DNA from: an uncultured Treponemataceae bacterium
GTDB taxonomy: Bacteria > Spirochaetota > Spirochaetia > Treponematales > Rectinemataceae
DNA: 64,000 nt
Reading direction: 5' to 3'
Assembly (NCBI GenBank): GCA_964396415.1
Contig: CAYNFM010000002.1
Span: forward strand, 25,866-89,865
Shown here: in pieces, positions 44,652 to 53,588 of the stretch
Layout: every line of letters starts with the position of its first letter
Numbering within the stretch: the stretch's first letter is position 1
Made by a program: the position numbers and the translations under genes
The notes under the pieces: model-generated
What the model was told of the DNA's origin: nothing
The model's input: the letters and a program-made list of their open reading frames with translations, nothing else
Databases searched by the model: none

Positions 44652-45647
44652 GTGTCCGCCGATGAGAAGAAATTCACGGTCCTCGACCTCTTGAGCCTGG
44701 ACCTGAAGGAGCAGAACGCCCTCGATCTGCGGTGCATCGGCGGTCGTAAGGGTCTATCCCGCGAGATAACTACGCCTGATCTCAATAGGCCTGGTCTCGC
44801 GCTGTCAGGCTTTTACGAATCCCATGCCTGGAACCGGCTGCAGATATTCGGTCGGGGCGAGAATGCCTATCTCAGGATGCTCGACGAGGCGGGAAGGACC
44901 GACAATCTCAAGAAGCTCTTCGAGTACCCGATGCCCTGCTGCATTTTCACCCATAATCTCACGCCGGGGAAGTCTTTCTTCGACGCCGCCGAAGCCGGGG
45001 ATTGCCCTGTCCTTCAAACCGACCTTCCCTCCAGCGAGTTCTCGAGCAGGGTAATACGCGTGCTATCCGACATCTTCGCGCCCCAGACGACGATCCACGG
45101 CGTTCTCGTCGAGGTCTACGGTATCGGCATCCTGCTCATCGGAGATTCCGGCGTCGGTAAGAGCGAGACCGCCCTGGAGCTCATCGAGCGCGGCCACCGC
45201 CTCGTCGCGGACGACGTCGTTGACATCCGCTGCGTAAACGGTTCCATCCTCATGGGCCAGGGCGCCAACAAGGTAATCGGGCACCACATGGAGATACGCG
45301 GCTTGGGCATCATTAACGTGACCCACCTCTTCGGCGTCGGCGCCATTAGGGACAAGAAGCAGATACAGCTCGTATGCGGTCTAGAAGAATGGGATTCCAA
45401 TAAGGTTTACGACCGGATCGGCACTGAGGAGCTCACGGCAGAAATACTCGGCGTTCGGATCGCCAAGCTGGAAATCCCGGTCAAACCGGGCCGGAATATT
45501 CCCATCATCATCGAAACAGCGGCCATGAATGAGCGCCTAAAGAAAATGGGCTACCATTCCGCGAAGGAATTCAATCAAAACGTGCTCCGTTGGCTGGAGA
45601 GTGAAAACGCGCGGGCCTTGTATTTCAACAGGGATGATTATCTTTGA
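44652..45647 (+). CDS. hprK: HPr kinase/phosphorylase
   Basis: 331 aa, GTG start. Walker A GDSGVGKSE. Signature HMEIRGLGIINV. Confidence 0.92.
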   Translation: MSADEKKFTVLDLLSLDLKEQNALDLRCIGGRKGLSREITTPDLNRPGLALSGFYESHAWNRLQIFGRGENAYLRMLDEAGRTDNLKKLFEYPMPCCIFTHNLTPGKSFFDAAEAGDCPVLQTDLPSSEFSSRVIRVLSDIFAPQTTIHGVLVEVYGIGILLIGDSGVGKSETALELIERGHRLVADDVVDIRCVNGSILMGQGANKVIGHHMEIRGLGIINVTHLFGVGAIRDKKQIQLVCGLEEWDSNKVYDRIGTEELTAEILGVRIAKLEIPVKPGRNIPIIIETAAMNERLKKMGYHSAKEFNQNVLRWLESENARALYFNRDDYL

Positions 45648-45657
45648 GGAAGCAGCG

Positions 45658-45924
45658 ATGACCGAGTTGACGGTAAGCATCAAGAACCGGGCGGGCATTC
45701 ATGCCCGCCCGGCGGCGCTCATTGTGCAGACAGCAAGCAAATACGCCTCGAGCATCTGGCTCGAAAAGGGCTCGGACCGAATTAACGCCAAATCGATCAT
45801 GGGCATCATCACGCTCGGCGCGAGCTTCGGCACCCCGCTGCGAATACTTGCGGAGGGCAAGGACGAGGAAGCCGCCGCTACAGCCATCCAAGCCCTCTTC
45901 GAGTCGCGCTTCGAAGAGGATTAA
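45658..45924 (+). CDS. ptsH: phosphocarrier protein HPr
   Basis: Trimmed to MTELTVSIKN. His15 context GIHARPA. Ser46 context NAKSIMGI. Confidence 0.9.
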   Translation: MTELTVSIKNRAGIHARPAALIVQTASKYASSIWLEKGSDRINAKSIMGIITLGASFGTPLRILAEGKDEEAAATAIQALFESRFEED

Positions 45925-45942
45925 TCCGGATCTACGATCGCG

Positions 45943-47712
45943 ATGGCCGGCCCTTTAGCCCCGCGCGGACGCTACCTTCCCGAGATCTTATCGGTCCTCA
46001 TAGTCTACGGCCTGATCTCCCTCGGCGCGTACGCTTTCGCCGCTTCCGTCCTCGCCGGCGCCCCTTCCTTCCCCGATCTATACGAGCGCCTCCCCGTAGC
46101 GCTTCTCGCCGTGCTCCCCGCGGCTCTCATCGTACTCCTTATCGTCCGAATACGGGACCTCGTAGTCGATATTAGGGCCCGTCGTTACGGTTCGCGTCTC
46201 AGGCTGAGGCTTTGGGGCCTTTTCCTCCTCGCTGTAGCCGCCGCCTCCCTGCCGCAGGGACTCTTCCTTTTCCGGCTCGCCTATGCGGCCCAGTCTTATT
46301 CTTCTTCTGCCGAGCTGCGCGAGGCTCTATCCGACGGCCTGACTCTGGCCCATGCATGGTATGCCGAGGAGATCAGTCGTATTGAAAGAGAGGCTGAAGA
46401 TCTCACCGAAATGTATTCGGTAGGCGGCGTCACGGCCGCGAAGCTTCTTGTCGGGCTTAAGGCGCACGAGCCTCGCATGGAAGCCCTCGAACTCTTTTCA
46501 GGCGGCCTAAGCGCCGACTTCTCCGGCCCTGTCCTGGCGAGGCTCGCTGCCCCTCCCTCACTGCCATCTATAGGGATGGGTGGGCACATCCTCCCGACCT
46601 TCTCTTCAGGCGATGCGACTATCGTTCGGTACGCCGTTTCCCTGGCCTCTTCGGGCAGGAGGGACGCCTTCGCCGTCCTTAGCCTACGGATGCCTCCGGG
46701 GCTCGCCGGCGCCACGGCCTCCCTGGATCGAGCCGAGCGTACGGCGAGCTTCCTCGCGCCCTTCTCGGCGAAGTGGGCGAGCCTTTTGGCGCTTCTGTAT
46801 TTCTTCCTCGTCCTGCCCCTCCTCCTCTTGGCAGTATTATTAGGAGGCGCGGCGGCCGACCTCGTCGCCGAACCCCTCGTAAACCTCGAAGCCGCAACGC
46901 GACGCGTCGCGGCCGGGGATTTCGGCGTGAGGCTCATCGTAAAGCCCGGCGATGAAACGGGCCGATTAGTCGCATCATTCAATAGAATGCTCGCGGAAAT
47001 CGAACGATCGCGGTCGGACGAGCTTCGCAAGGAGAAGCTCGACGCGTGGAAAGACATCGCGCAGCGTCTCGCGCACGAACTCAAGAATCCGCTTACGCCG
47101 ATACGTCTCGCCGCCGAGCGCGTGCTTCGACGCTGGAAGTCCGATCCGTCGCTCGCGGCACCCATCATAGAGGGATCCATGCTCGCGATCGTCGAGGAGG
47201 TCGAGGGCATGGACGCGCTCCTGAGCGACTTTCGGGCCTTCGCTTCCCTCCCCGAGCCCCAAAGGGACTGGACCGAGCTATCGGGTCTCGTCTCCGATTC
47301 CGTAGCGCTTTACGCCGCCTCTTATCCCGGGGTCCGCTTCAGCCTCGACAGGTTGCCGGCTGGGCTGACTCTCCGCATCGACCGAGCGACGATGAAACGA
47401 GCGCTCGGGAACCTCCTCGCCAATGCGATCGACGCGATGGACGGACAAGGAGAGATCGAAATCGGGGCCGATCTTGTTAAGGCAGCCGATTCACGTTATT
47501 GTAGGCTCAAGATTCGCGACACCGGACGCGGTATTCCCGTGTCGCTCGGCGAGAAGGTCTTCATGCCGTATTTCACGACCAAGAGCGCGGGTACGGGCCT
47601 CGGCCTATCGATAGTCGAACGCATCGTCGCGGAGCACGGCGGCGCTATTCGATTCGAGTCCGAAGAGGGGGCCGGTACTACGTTCTATATCGATCTGCCG
47701 ATGGATAGATGA
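45943..47712 (+). CDS. NtrY-like sensor histidine kinase (TM, HAMP, HisKA, HATPase)
   Basis: 589 aa. H-box AHELKNPLTPI. N/G boxes LANAIDA, DTGRGI, GTGLGL. Confidence 0.8.
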   Translation: MAGPLAPRGRYLPEILSVLIVYGLISLGAYAFAASVLAGAPSFPDLYERLPVALLAVLPAALIVLLIVRIRDLVVDIRARRYGSRLRLRLWGLFLLAVAAASLPQGLFLFRLAYAAQSYSSSAELREALSDGLTLAHAWYAEEISRIEREAEDLTEMYSVGGVTAAKLLVGLKAHEPRMEALELFSGGLSADFSGPVLARLAAPPSLPSIGMGGHILPTFSSGDATIVRYAVSLASSGRRDAFAVLSLRMPPGLAGATASLDRAERTASFLAPFSAKWASLLALLYFFLVLPLLLLAVLLGGAAADLVAEPLVNLEAATRRVAAGDFGVRLIVKPGDETGRLVASFNRMLAEIERSRSDELRKEKLDAWKDIAQRLAHELKNPLTPIRLAAERVLRRWKSDPSLAAPIIEGSMLAIVEEVEGMDALLSDFRAFASLPEPQRDWTELSGLVSDSVALYAASYPGVRFSLDRLPAGLTLRIDRATMKRALGNLLANAIDAMDGQGEIEIGADLVKAADSRYCRLKIRDTGRGIPVSLGEKVFMPYFTTKSAGTGLGLSIVERIVAEHGGAIRFESEEGAGTTFYIDLPMDR

Positions 47713-47735
47713 CTCCCGGGAATGCAAGGGTATCG

Positions 47736-47803
47736 GAAAAGCTCCGCGGCTTTTTCGAAACCGCCGTAATCCGGGCAATTTCGCAGAAAACCCTCGGGTT
47801 TTC
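47736..47803 (+). other. two A-tract/U-tract hairpins in the kinase-regulator spacer
   Basis: GAAAAGCU-ccgc-GGCUUUUU (47736-47755) and GAAAACC-cucg-GGUUUUC (47786-47803). Confidence 0.4.
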
Positions 47804-47830
47804 GAGTAATCGCTTGGAGGGCAGCGCGAG

Positions 47831-49204
47831 ATGGCGACCATTCTCGTAATCGACGACGAGCCCGGCATCCGATCCACGGTTCGGGACATCCTCGAGGACG
47901 AGGGTCATTCCGTCATAGTAGCCGGAGATGCTGTCGTCGGCCTGGAGGAGATGGATGCCCACCGGCCCGACCTTGCAGTGCTTGATATTTGGCTGCCCAG
48001 GATGGGCGGCCTTGACGTCTTGGCCGAAATGAAGAAACGCAGGCCCGAGATGGAAATCCTCGTGGTCTCGGGCCACGGTACGATAGATATGGCAGTCCGA
48101 GCCCTCAAGCTTGGAGCCTTCGACTTCATAGAAAAGCCGCTTTCTATGGACCGCCTCCTTACCGCGGCGCGCAATGCCCTCGAGATCGGCGAGCTTAGGC
48201 GGGAGAATCGCGACCTGAAGCGCGCGGCTTCCTCCTCGATCGATTCCGAGCCCATCATCGGATCCTCGCCCGCCATAGCCGAAGTGCGCTCCTTGATAGA
48301 ACAGGCCGCGCCGAGCGATGCGCGCATCCTCATCACCGGCGAGAACGGCACAGGAAAGGAGCTGGTCGCAAGATCTATCCACGCGAAGGGCAAGCGCTCC
48401 AAAAGGCCTTTCATCGAGGTCAATTGCGCGGCGATCCCGGATACTCTGCTCGAAAGTGAGCTCTTCGGCCACGAAAAAGGCGCCTTCACCGACGCGGTAT
48501 CGCGCCGCGCCGGCAGGTTCGAAGCGGCCGACGGCGGTACCCTTTTCCTCGACGAAGTCGCCGACCTCTCCATATCCGCCCAAGCCAAGGTGCTGCGCGT
48601 CCTCCAAGAAATGCGATTCGAGCGATTAGGCGGAGAGAAGACGATCTCCGTCGATGTTCGCGTGGTTGCGGCGACCAACAAGGATATCCGCGAAGAGATC
48701 GCTGCCGGCCGTTTCCGGGAAGACTTGTATTTCCGGCTCGCGGTCGTCCCGATACATATGCCTCCCCTGCGCGCGCGCCGGGAGGATTTGCCCGAGCTCT
48801 GCCGTCATTTTCTGGCCAAGGCAGCCTCAGCGGGCGCCCCGGAACGCGAGATATCGCCCGAGGCGTTCGTCCTGCTCGCCGCGCGCAGCTGGCCGGGCAA
48901 CGTACGCGAACTCGCCAACTTCATCGAGCGGCTCGCGGTGATGAGCAACGAGCGTCTCGTGTCCGCCGAAACCGTATCTCGCATTTTGAGCGAAGGGGCG
49001 CGGGAGAAGCCCGCGCCCCTCGTCGCGCGGCGTTATGGTTCCTTGGCCCTGGCCGAGGCCAAAGAACTCTTCGAGCGGGACTATCTTGCGGAAAAACTCC
49101 GGGAGTGCGACTATAACGTCGTCAGGGCGGCCGACGCTTCGGGCATCCATCCGAGCGGCCTCCATGCCAAGATCAAGAAATTCGGGATAGAGCAGGAAAG
49201 ATGA
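47831..49204 (+). CDS. sigma-54-dependent (NtrC/NtrX family) response regulator: REC + AAA+ + HTH
   Basis: 457 aa. Receiver LAVLDIWLP. Walker A GENGTGKE. ESELFGHEKGAFTDA. R-finger region. C-terminal HTH. Confidence 0.9.
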   Translation: MATILVIDDEPGIRSTVRDILEDEGHSVIVAGDAVVGLEEMDAHRPDLAVLDIWLPRMGGLDVLAEMKKRRPEMEILVVSGHGTIDMAVRALKLGAFDFIEKPLSMDRLLTAARNALEIGELRRENRDLKRAASSSIDSEPIIGSSPAIAEVRSLIEQAAPSDARILITGENGTGKELVARSIHAKGKRSKRPFIEVNCAAIPDTLLESELFGHEKGAFTDAVSRRAGRFEAADGGTLFLDEVADLSISAQAKVLRVLQEMRFERLGGEKTISVDVRVVAATNKDIREEIAAGRFREDLYFRLAVVPIHMPPLRARREDLPELCRHFLAKAASAGAPEREISPEAFVLLAARSWPGNVRELANFIERLAVMSNERLVSAETVSRILSEGAREKPAPLVARRYGSLALAEAKELFERDYLAEKLRECDYNVVRAADASGIHPSGLHAKIKKFGIEQER

Positions 49205-49800
49205 AGACGCTTACGGCCCGCCAAAAGGAAGTGCTCGACTTCATCTCTTCGTTTCTCGATGGTCACGCTTATCCCCCTACTATTCGCGAGATCGCTGAAA
49301 GCTTCTCGATGTCCGTCAAGGGCGCCTACGACCATGTCAAGGCCCTTGAAAAGAAAGGCTTCCTGAGGCTCGGAGAAAACCGCTCGCGGGCCCTCGAACT
49401 GCTGCGACGCGACAAGCCCGAGCGATCGGTCGTCGAACTTCCCCTGCTCGGAACGGTGGCGGCCGGAAAGCCGATAACCGCCGACGAGAACTATTCGGGC
49501 GTCGTCCACGTGCCTGCCGACATCGTAAGGACGGCTGCCTGCTTCGCCCTCTCGGTACGGGGCGACAGCATGAAAGACGTCGGTATTTTCCATGGCGATA
49601 TTGCAGTCATCGAGCAGCGGCAAACCGCCGATAACGGCGAAATCGTGGTGGCTATGATCGACGATGCGGTTACCCTCAAGCGCTTCTTCCGCGAGAACAA
49701 CCGCGTCAAGCTGATGGCCGAAAACAGCGCCTATGCTCCGATCTATACGCAGGACGTGCGGATACTGGGCCGCCTGCGCGGCATAATTCGAAAGTACTAG
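49201..49800 (+). CDS. lexA: LexA repressor
   Basis: 199 aa. wHTH PTIREIAESF. Cleavage site VAAGKP. Catalytic GDSM and TLKRF. Start overlaps the upstream stop (ATGA). Confidence 0.9.
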   Translation: MKTLTARQKEVLDFISSFLDGHAYPPTIREIAESFSMSVKGAYDHVKALEKKGFLRLGENRSRALELLRRDKPERSVVELPLLGTVAAGKPITADENYSGVVHVPADIVRTAACFALSVRGDSMKDVGIFHGDIAVIEQRQTADNGEIVVAMIDDAVTLKRFFRENNRVKLMAENSAYAPIYTQDVRILGRLRGIIRKY

Positions 49801-49806
49801 GGGCTC

Positions 49807-50805
49807 ATGAAGATCGAAAGCGCGTACTTGCTCGCCGGTCCCGAGACGGGAAAGCGCGCCGCTTTCGTCTCCGAGCTCCGCGCCTCCATCGCCGCCGCCG
49901 ATGGCTCCTCGCCCGAGGAGCACCGCGCCTATGTTTCCGAAACCGGCGTCGGCGAGATTATAGACCTCCTTCGCAACGGCTCGCTCTTCTCCTCACAGAG
50001 GATCGTGGAATACCGAGGCGTCGAGCTCGTCAAGGGCAAGGAAGACCTTGGCGCGCTCTCGGCCTACCTTTCCGCGCCAGCCCCAGACGCCGTCCTCCTC
50101 CTCGTGACCGAGGCCTTTTACGCCGACAGGGCCCTTGAGGAGGCAGTAGGCAAGGATCGCAAGCGGACTTTTTTCGAAATGTTCGAGAGCGAGAAGCCGC
50201 GGTGGGTCGAGAAGAAACTGCGCGAGCTCGGTCTCTCGATTGAGGAAGGCGGCGTCGCGGCCCTCCTCGAGCTCGTCGAGAACGAGTCGGGCGCGCTCGA
50301 CGCTGCCTGCAGTCGTCTGGCCGTGGCGTTCCCGCGCGGAGTCACCCTCGGCGAGGAGGACGTAGAGGCCGCGATCACGCGCAACAAGCAGGAGGATGCC
50401 TTTAGCCTCTTCGAGCGCGTCGCGACGGGCGGTCTTGAGGAGGCCCTCGAAACCCTCGAGGCGGTTCTCGCCGACCGCAGGGGCGATGCGGTGCAAATAA
50501 TCTCGGCCCTGCTTTGGAGTTTTCGTCGATTGATAAGGCTGCATAGCCTTTTAATCGAAGGCGAAAGCCTCGAATCGGCGTGCATGAAGCTCCAGATGCG
50601 CAGCAAGGCGCTTCAGCGGCAGAGCGCGGCGGCCGTGCGCAGGTACCCGCTGACCGAATGCGAGCGCATCGTCATGCTTGCGTCGGCCTTCGACGCGAAG
50701 GCGCGGAGCATGGGCTCCGGCTTTGAGCGCATACTACTCCAGCTCTTCGTCTATGGCATCATGGCGAAGAAAGGCAGACTCGAGATAGGCATAGCGGCGT
50801 CTTAA
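49807..50805 (+). CDS. holA: DNA polymerase III delta subunit
   Basis: 332 aa. YLLAGPE start and the helical clamp-loader delta pattern. Moderate motif support. Confidence 0.7.
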   Translation: MKIESAYLLAGPETGKRAAFVSELRASIAAADGSSPEEHRAYVSETGVGEIIDLLRNGSLFSSQRIVEYRGVELVKGKEDLGALSAYLSAPAPDAVLLLVTEAFYADRALEEAVGKDRKRTFFEMFESEKPRWVEKKLRELGLSIEEGGVAALLELVENESGALDAACSRLAVAFPRGVTLGEEDVEAAITRNKQEDAFSLFERVATGGLEEALETLEAVLADRRGDAVQIISALLWSFRRLIRLHSLLIEGESLESACMKLQMRSKALQRQSAAAVRRYPLTECERIVMLASAFDAKARSMGSGFERILLQLFVYGIMAKKGRLEIGIAAS

Positions 50806-50887
50806 CCTCGTCTGAGAGTCCGCCTCTCCCGGCGTTAGATTTCCTCGATGACCGCTTGGTAAAATCCGCGGGATCGTCCATCATCGG

Positions 50888-51601
50888 CTAATGCCCGACC
50901 CCGGCGAAGCGCCTATTAGGCAAACGTATCCGCTCGATGAAGTCCTTGGTTCCCTGCGGCGTCGATATATCCACCCAGAAATACCGCTTCCTGCAAGCGA
51001 GCGATGTGAATTCCTTCCCAGATTTCTCCTTCCCGGTCGCCGATGCGCCGGACCTTCCCATGATCGACAGCGATTTCGGATCCGCGAGTTGGATGCTTGC
51101 ATAGTGCCTATTGATCGCTCCTCTCGAGTCCTTAAGCATCGCGAAGATTTTCGCGACTAGGGCTCGCCTAAGCTCCTCGGCGGTGGCGTATTTATTGGCA
51201 AGGCAACAAAAATACGCATTTGCTTCCGTTAAGTTGCCTTCCACGTCGATATAGGCCGCCACCTTATTCCTGAACCTCTCACATAGCCAGGTTCCGATAA
51301 TCTTTCCAAGGGAATGCGTGACGATAACAATGGGGTACCCGGCGGAAACCGTATCGATCAGATCTCCTAGCAAGCTCGCGGCATTTCGGATGCCCATGAG
51401 CCGATCTACCGGGGGCGAAGCGCCGAAGCCGGGGATATCCGGCGCGTAGAGATCGTTTGCAGGAAGCAATGCGGAGGAAAAGGCTTCTTGGAATATCCGG
51501 CCGCAACCCCCGTAGCCGTGGACAAACCAAATATCGCGTTTCGAGGTGGGAACCTCGAAGAGCCTTAGGAAAATTCCGTTTAGTATCTTTATTTTCGTCA
51601 A
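50888..51601 (-). CDS. alpha/beta hydrolase
   Basis: 237 aa. WFVHGYGG oxyanion region. Nucleophile elbow VTHSLGK. Confidence 0.65.
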   Translation of the reverse strand: MTKIKILNGIFLRLFEVPTSKRDIWFVHGYGGCGRIFQEAFSSALLPANDLYAPDIPGFGASPPVDRLMGIRNAASLLGDLIDTVSAGYPIVIVTHSLGKIIGTWLCERFRNKVAAYIDVEGNLTEANAYFCCLANKYATAEELRRALVAKIFAMLKDSRGAINRHYASIQLADPKSLSIMGRSGASATGKEKSGKEFTSLACRKRYFWVDISTPQGTKDFIERIRLPNRRFAGVGH

Positions 51602-51637
51602 CGGCCCGAGTCGCTCTAATCGATCCGATCAGGCTCC

Positions 51638-53245
51638 CTATACCTCTGCGATTACTACCTCGTAGGGTTTTAGCACGATTCCTTCGGCTTTAAGCGCGGT
51701 TCCTCCCGCCCGAGCGGTTCCTAGGACTACGCGCCCCGGAGCTCCCTGCGAAATCGCCCTCGGCTGCGAAGCAAAATTGATCAGGACCAGGATACTTTCG
51801 CACGATGCGGCCCTCCGCGTGTACGCTAGCACGTCGACATCAAGATCGAGGAAGGTGATGCTCCCCTCGTGGAGGGCTGCCTTGGCGCGGCGCAGCGCGA
51901 TCAGAGACTTGTACCACGAGAGCAGGGAAGCCGGATCGGTCTCCTGCGTTGCCACGTTGCGCGATCGATAATCGCGATTGATGGGCAGCCAAGGTTTGGC
52001 CGTGCTGAAACCCGCGTTCTCGCCGCCGGTCCATTGCATCGGCGTGCGCTCGGGATCACGGCCCAGGCCGCGGAGTGGCCATGTAGCTATGCCGAGCGGA
52101 TCGCGCAGGGCTGCACGTGGGAAGGGATAGCAGGTCATGCCGATCTCCTCGCCATAATAGATGAAGGGCGTCCCGCGCAAGGTGAGAAGCATGGCCGCGG
52201 CGACACGGGCCCGTGCCTCGGTCTCGGCCTCGGAGCTCGCGCCTCCGAAGCGTCGCCCGCGATAGCGCCATGCATGCCGTGGCTGATCGTGGTTGCTCAA
52301 GGTGAAATTAGGCCAGGCGCCATCGGGCAGCGCAGCGTACCAGCGCTCGGCCGATTCGCGAAAGTTCCGGGCGCCCCATTTCTCGTAGAGAAACTCGAAG
52401 TTGAAGGCCAAGTGCAGCTCGTCGTCGTGCTTCCCGTAGCAGGAGGCGGCGAGCAGCCTGTCCTGCCCATGAGTCTCGCCTATAAGGACGCGTTCGCCGG
52501 CGGCATCGGCCACGGCGCGCATTTCCTTGAAGACTTCGTGTACTTCAGGTCGGTTTCTATCATAAATGTGCTTTTGGAAAAAATCGGGATTCGCCTTGGA
52601 GGAAAAGGGGTTGGAGCGGAGCTCGGAATCCTTGAAATAGCCGGTAGCGACATCGAGACGGAACCCATCCACGCCAAGGGCGTACCAAAAACGCATTATG
52701 TCGTAGAAAGCCTCGCGCAGCTCGTCATTGCGCCAGTTGAATTCAGGCTGGTACTTCGTAAAGGTCCCGAGATATCGCTCTCCGGTAGCGAGATTGGGAT
52801 GCCAGGCGCTGCCGAGCTCGAAGATGGCCGTCCAATTGTTGGGAGGCCGTCCGGTTTCGGGCACCCAGAGATACCAGTCATGCTTGGGCGAATCTTTGGA
52901 CGACCGAGCCTCGAAGAACCAGGGATGCTCGTCCGAGCTATGGTTGGCCACGAGGTCGAGGACTATCCTGATCCCTCGAGTCTTAGCGTCGGACAGGAGG
53001 GTCCTTAGGTCGTCCAAGGTGCCGAACATCGGGTCTACGTCGCGATAATCCGATACGTCGTAACCGAAATCCTTCATCGGGCTCTTGAAAAAGGGAGAGA
53101 TCCAGAGCACATCGACGCCCAAGTCCACAAGGTATCCGAGCTTGTTTCTTATCCCTTGAAGATCGCCTATGCCGTCCTCGTTGGAATCAGCGAAGCTTCT
53201 TGGGTAAATTTGATAGAATACAGCGTCTTCCCACCAGTGCCGCAT
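51638..53245 (-). CDS. GH13 alpha-glucosidase / oligo-1,6-glucosidase family
   Basis: 535 aa. VFYQIYPRSF, DLVANHSS, GFRLDVA, GETH, LSNHDQPR conserved regions. Confidence 0.88.
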   Translation of the reverse strand: MRHWWEDAVFYQIYPRSFADSNEDGIGDLQGIRNKLGYLVDLGVDVLWISPFFKSPMKDFGYDVSDYRDVDPMFGTLDDLRTLLSDAKTRGIRIVLDLVANHSSDEHPWFFEARSSKDSPKHDWYLWVPETGRPPNNWTAIFELGSAWHPNLATGERYLGTFTKYQPEFNWRNDELREAFYDIMRFWYALGVDGFRLDVATGYFKDSELRSNPFSSKANPDFFQKHIYDRNRPEVHEVFKEMRAVADAAGERVLIGETHGQDRLLAASCYGKHDDELHLAFNFEFLYEKWGARNFRESAERWYAALPDGAWPNFTLSNHDQPRHAWRYRGRRFGGASSEAETEARARVAAAMLLTLRGTPFIYYGEEIGMTCYPFPRAALRDPLGIATWPLRGLGRDPERTPMQWTGGENAGFSTAKPWLPINRDYRSRNVATQETDPASLLSWYKSLIALRRAKAALHEGSITFLDLDVDVLAYTRRAASCESILVLINFASQPRAISQGAPGRVVLGTARAGGTALKAEGIVLKPYEVVIAEV

Positions 53246-53275
53246 GCCTTGCCCTCCCAGGAACCGCCGTCCGCC

Positions 53276-53581
53276 TCAGTCGAGGATGACTTCTATGTCG
53301 ATATCCCGCGCCACGCGCGCCTGACAGGCCAGACGGCAGTCCGCGGATCGACGCCCGGCTGCGAGCCGCTCGGCCTCGAGCGCTCCGACCGGCGAGAGCC
53401 CGCTCTCGCCGGAGAGCACGCGCACCGCGCAGGTTCCGCAGATGGCCTTGCCCCCGCAATCATGTCGTATCCGCACTCCCGCGACGAGGAGGGAATTGAG
53501 GATCGATACGGCCGGATTGGAATCTAGTTCGGCCGGAAGCCCATCCCTCCCCCGCCTATTGGCGACCTTCACGCGCGCCAT
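53276..53581 (-). CDS. [2Fe-2S] ferredoxin
   Basis: 101 aa. CGGKAICGTC plus distal CRLAC cysteine ligand pattern. Confidence 0.75.
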   Translation of the reverse strand: MARVKVANRRGRDGLPAELDSNPAVSILNSLLVAGVRIRHDCGGKAICGTCAVRVLSGESGLSPVGALEAERLAAGRRSADCRLACQARVARDIDIEVILD

Positions 53582-53588
53582 GGTCGCC

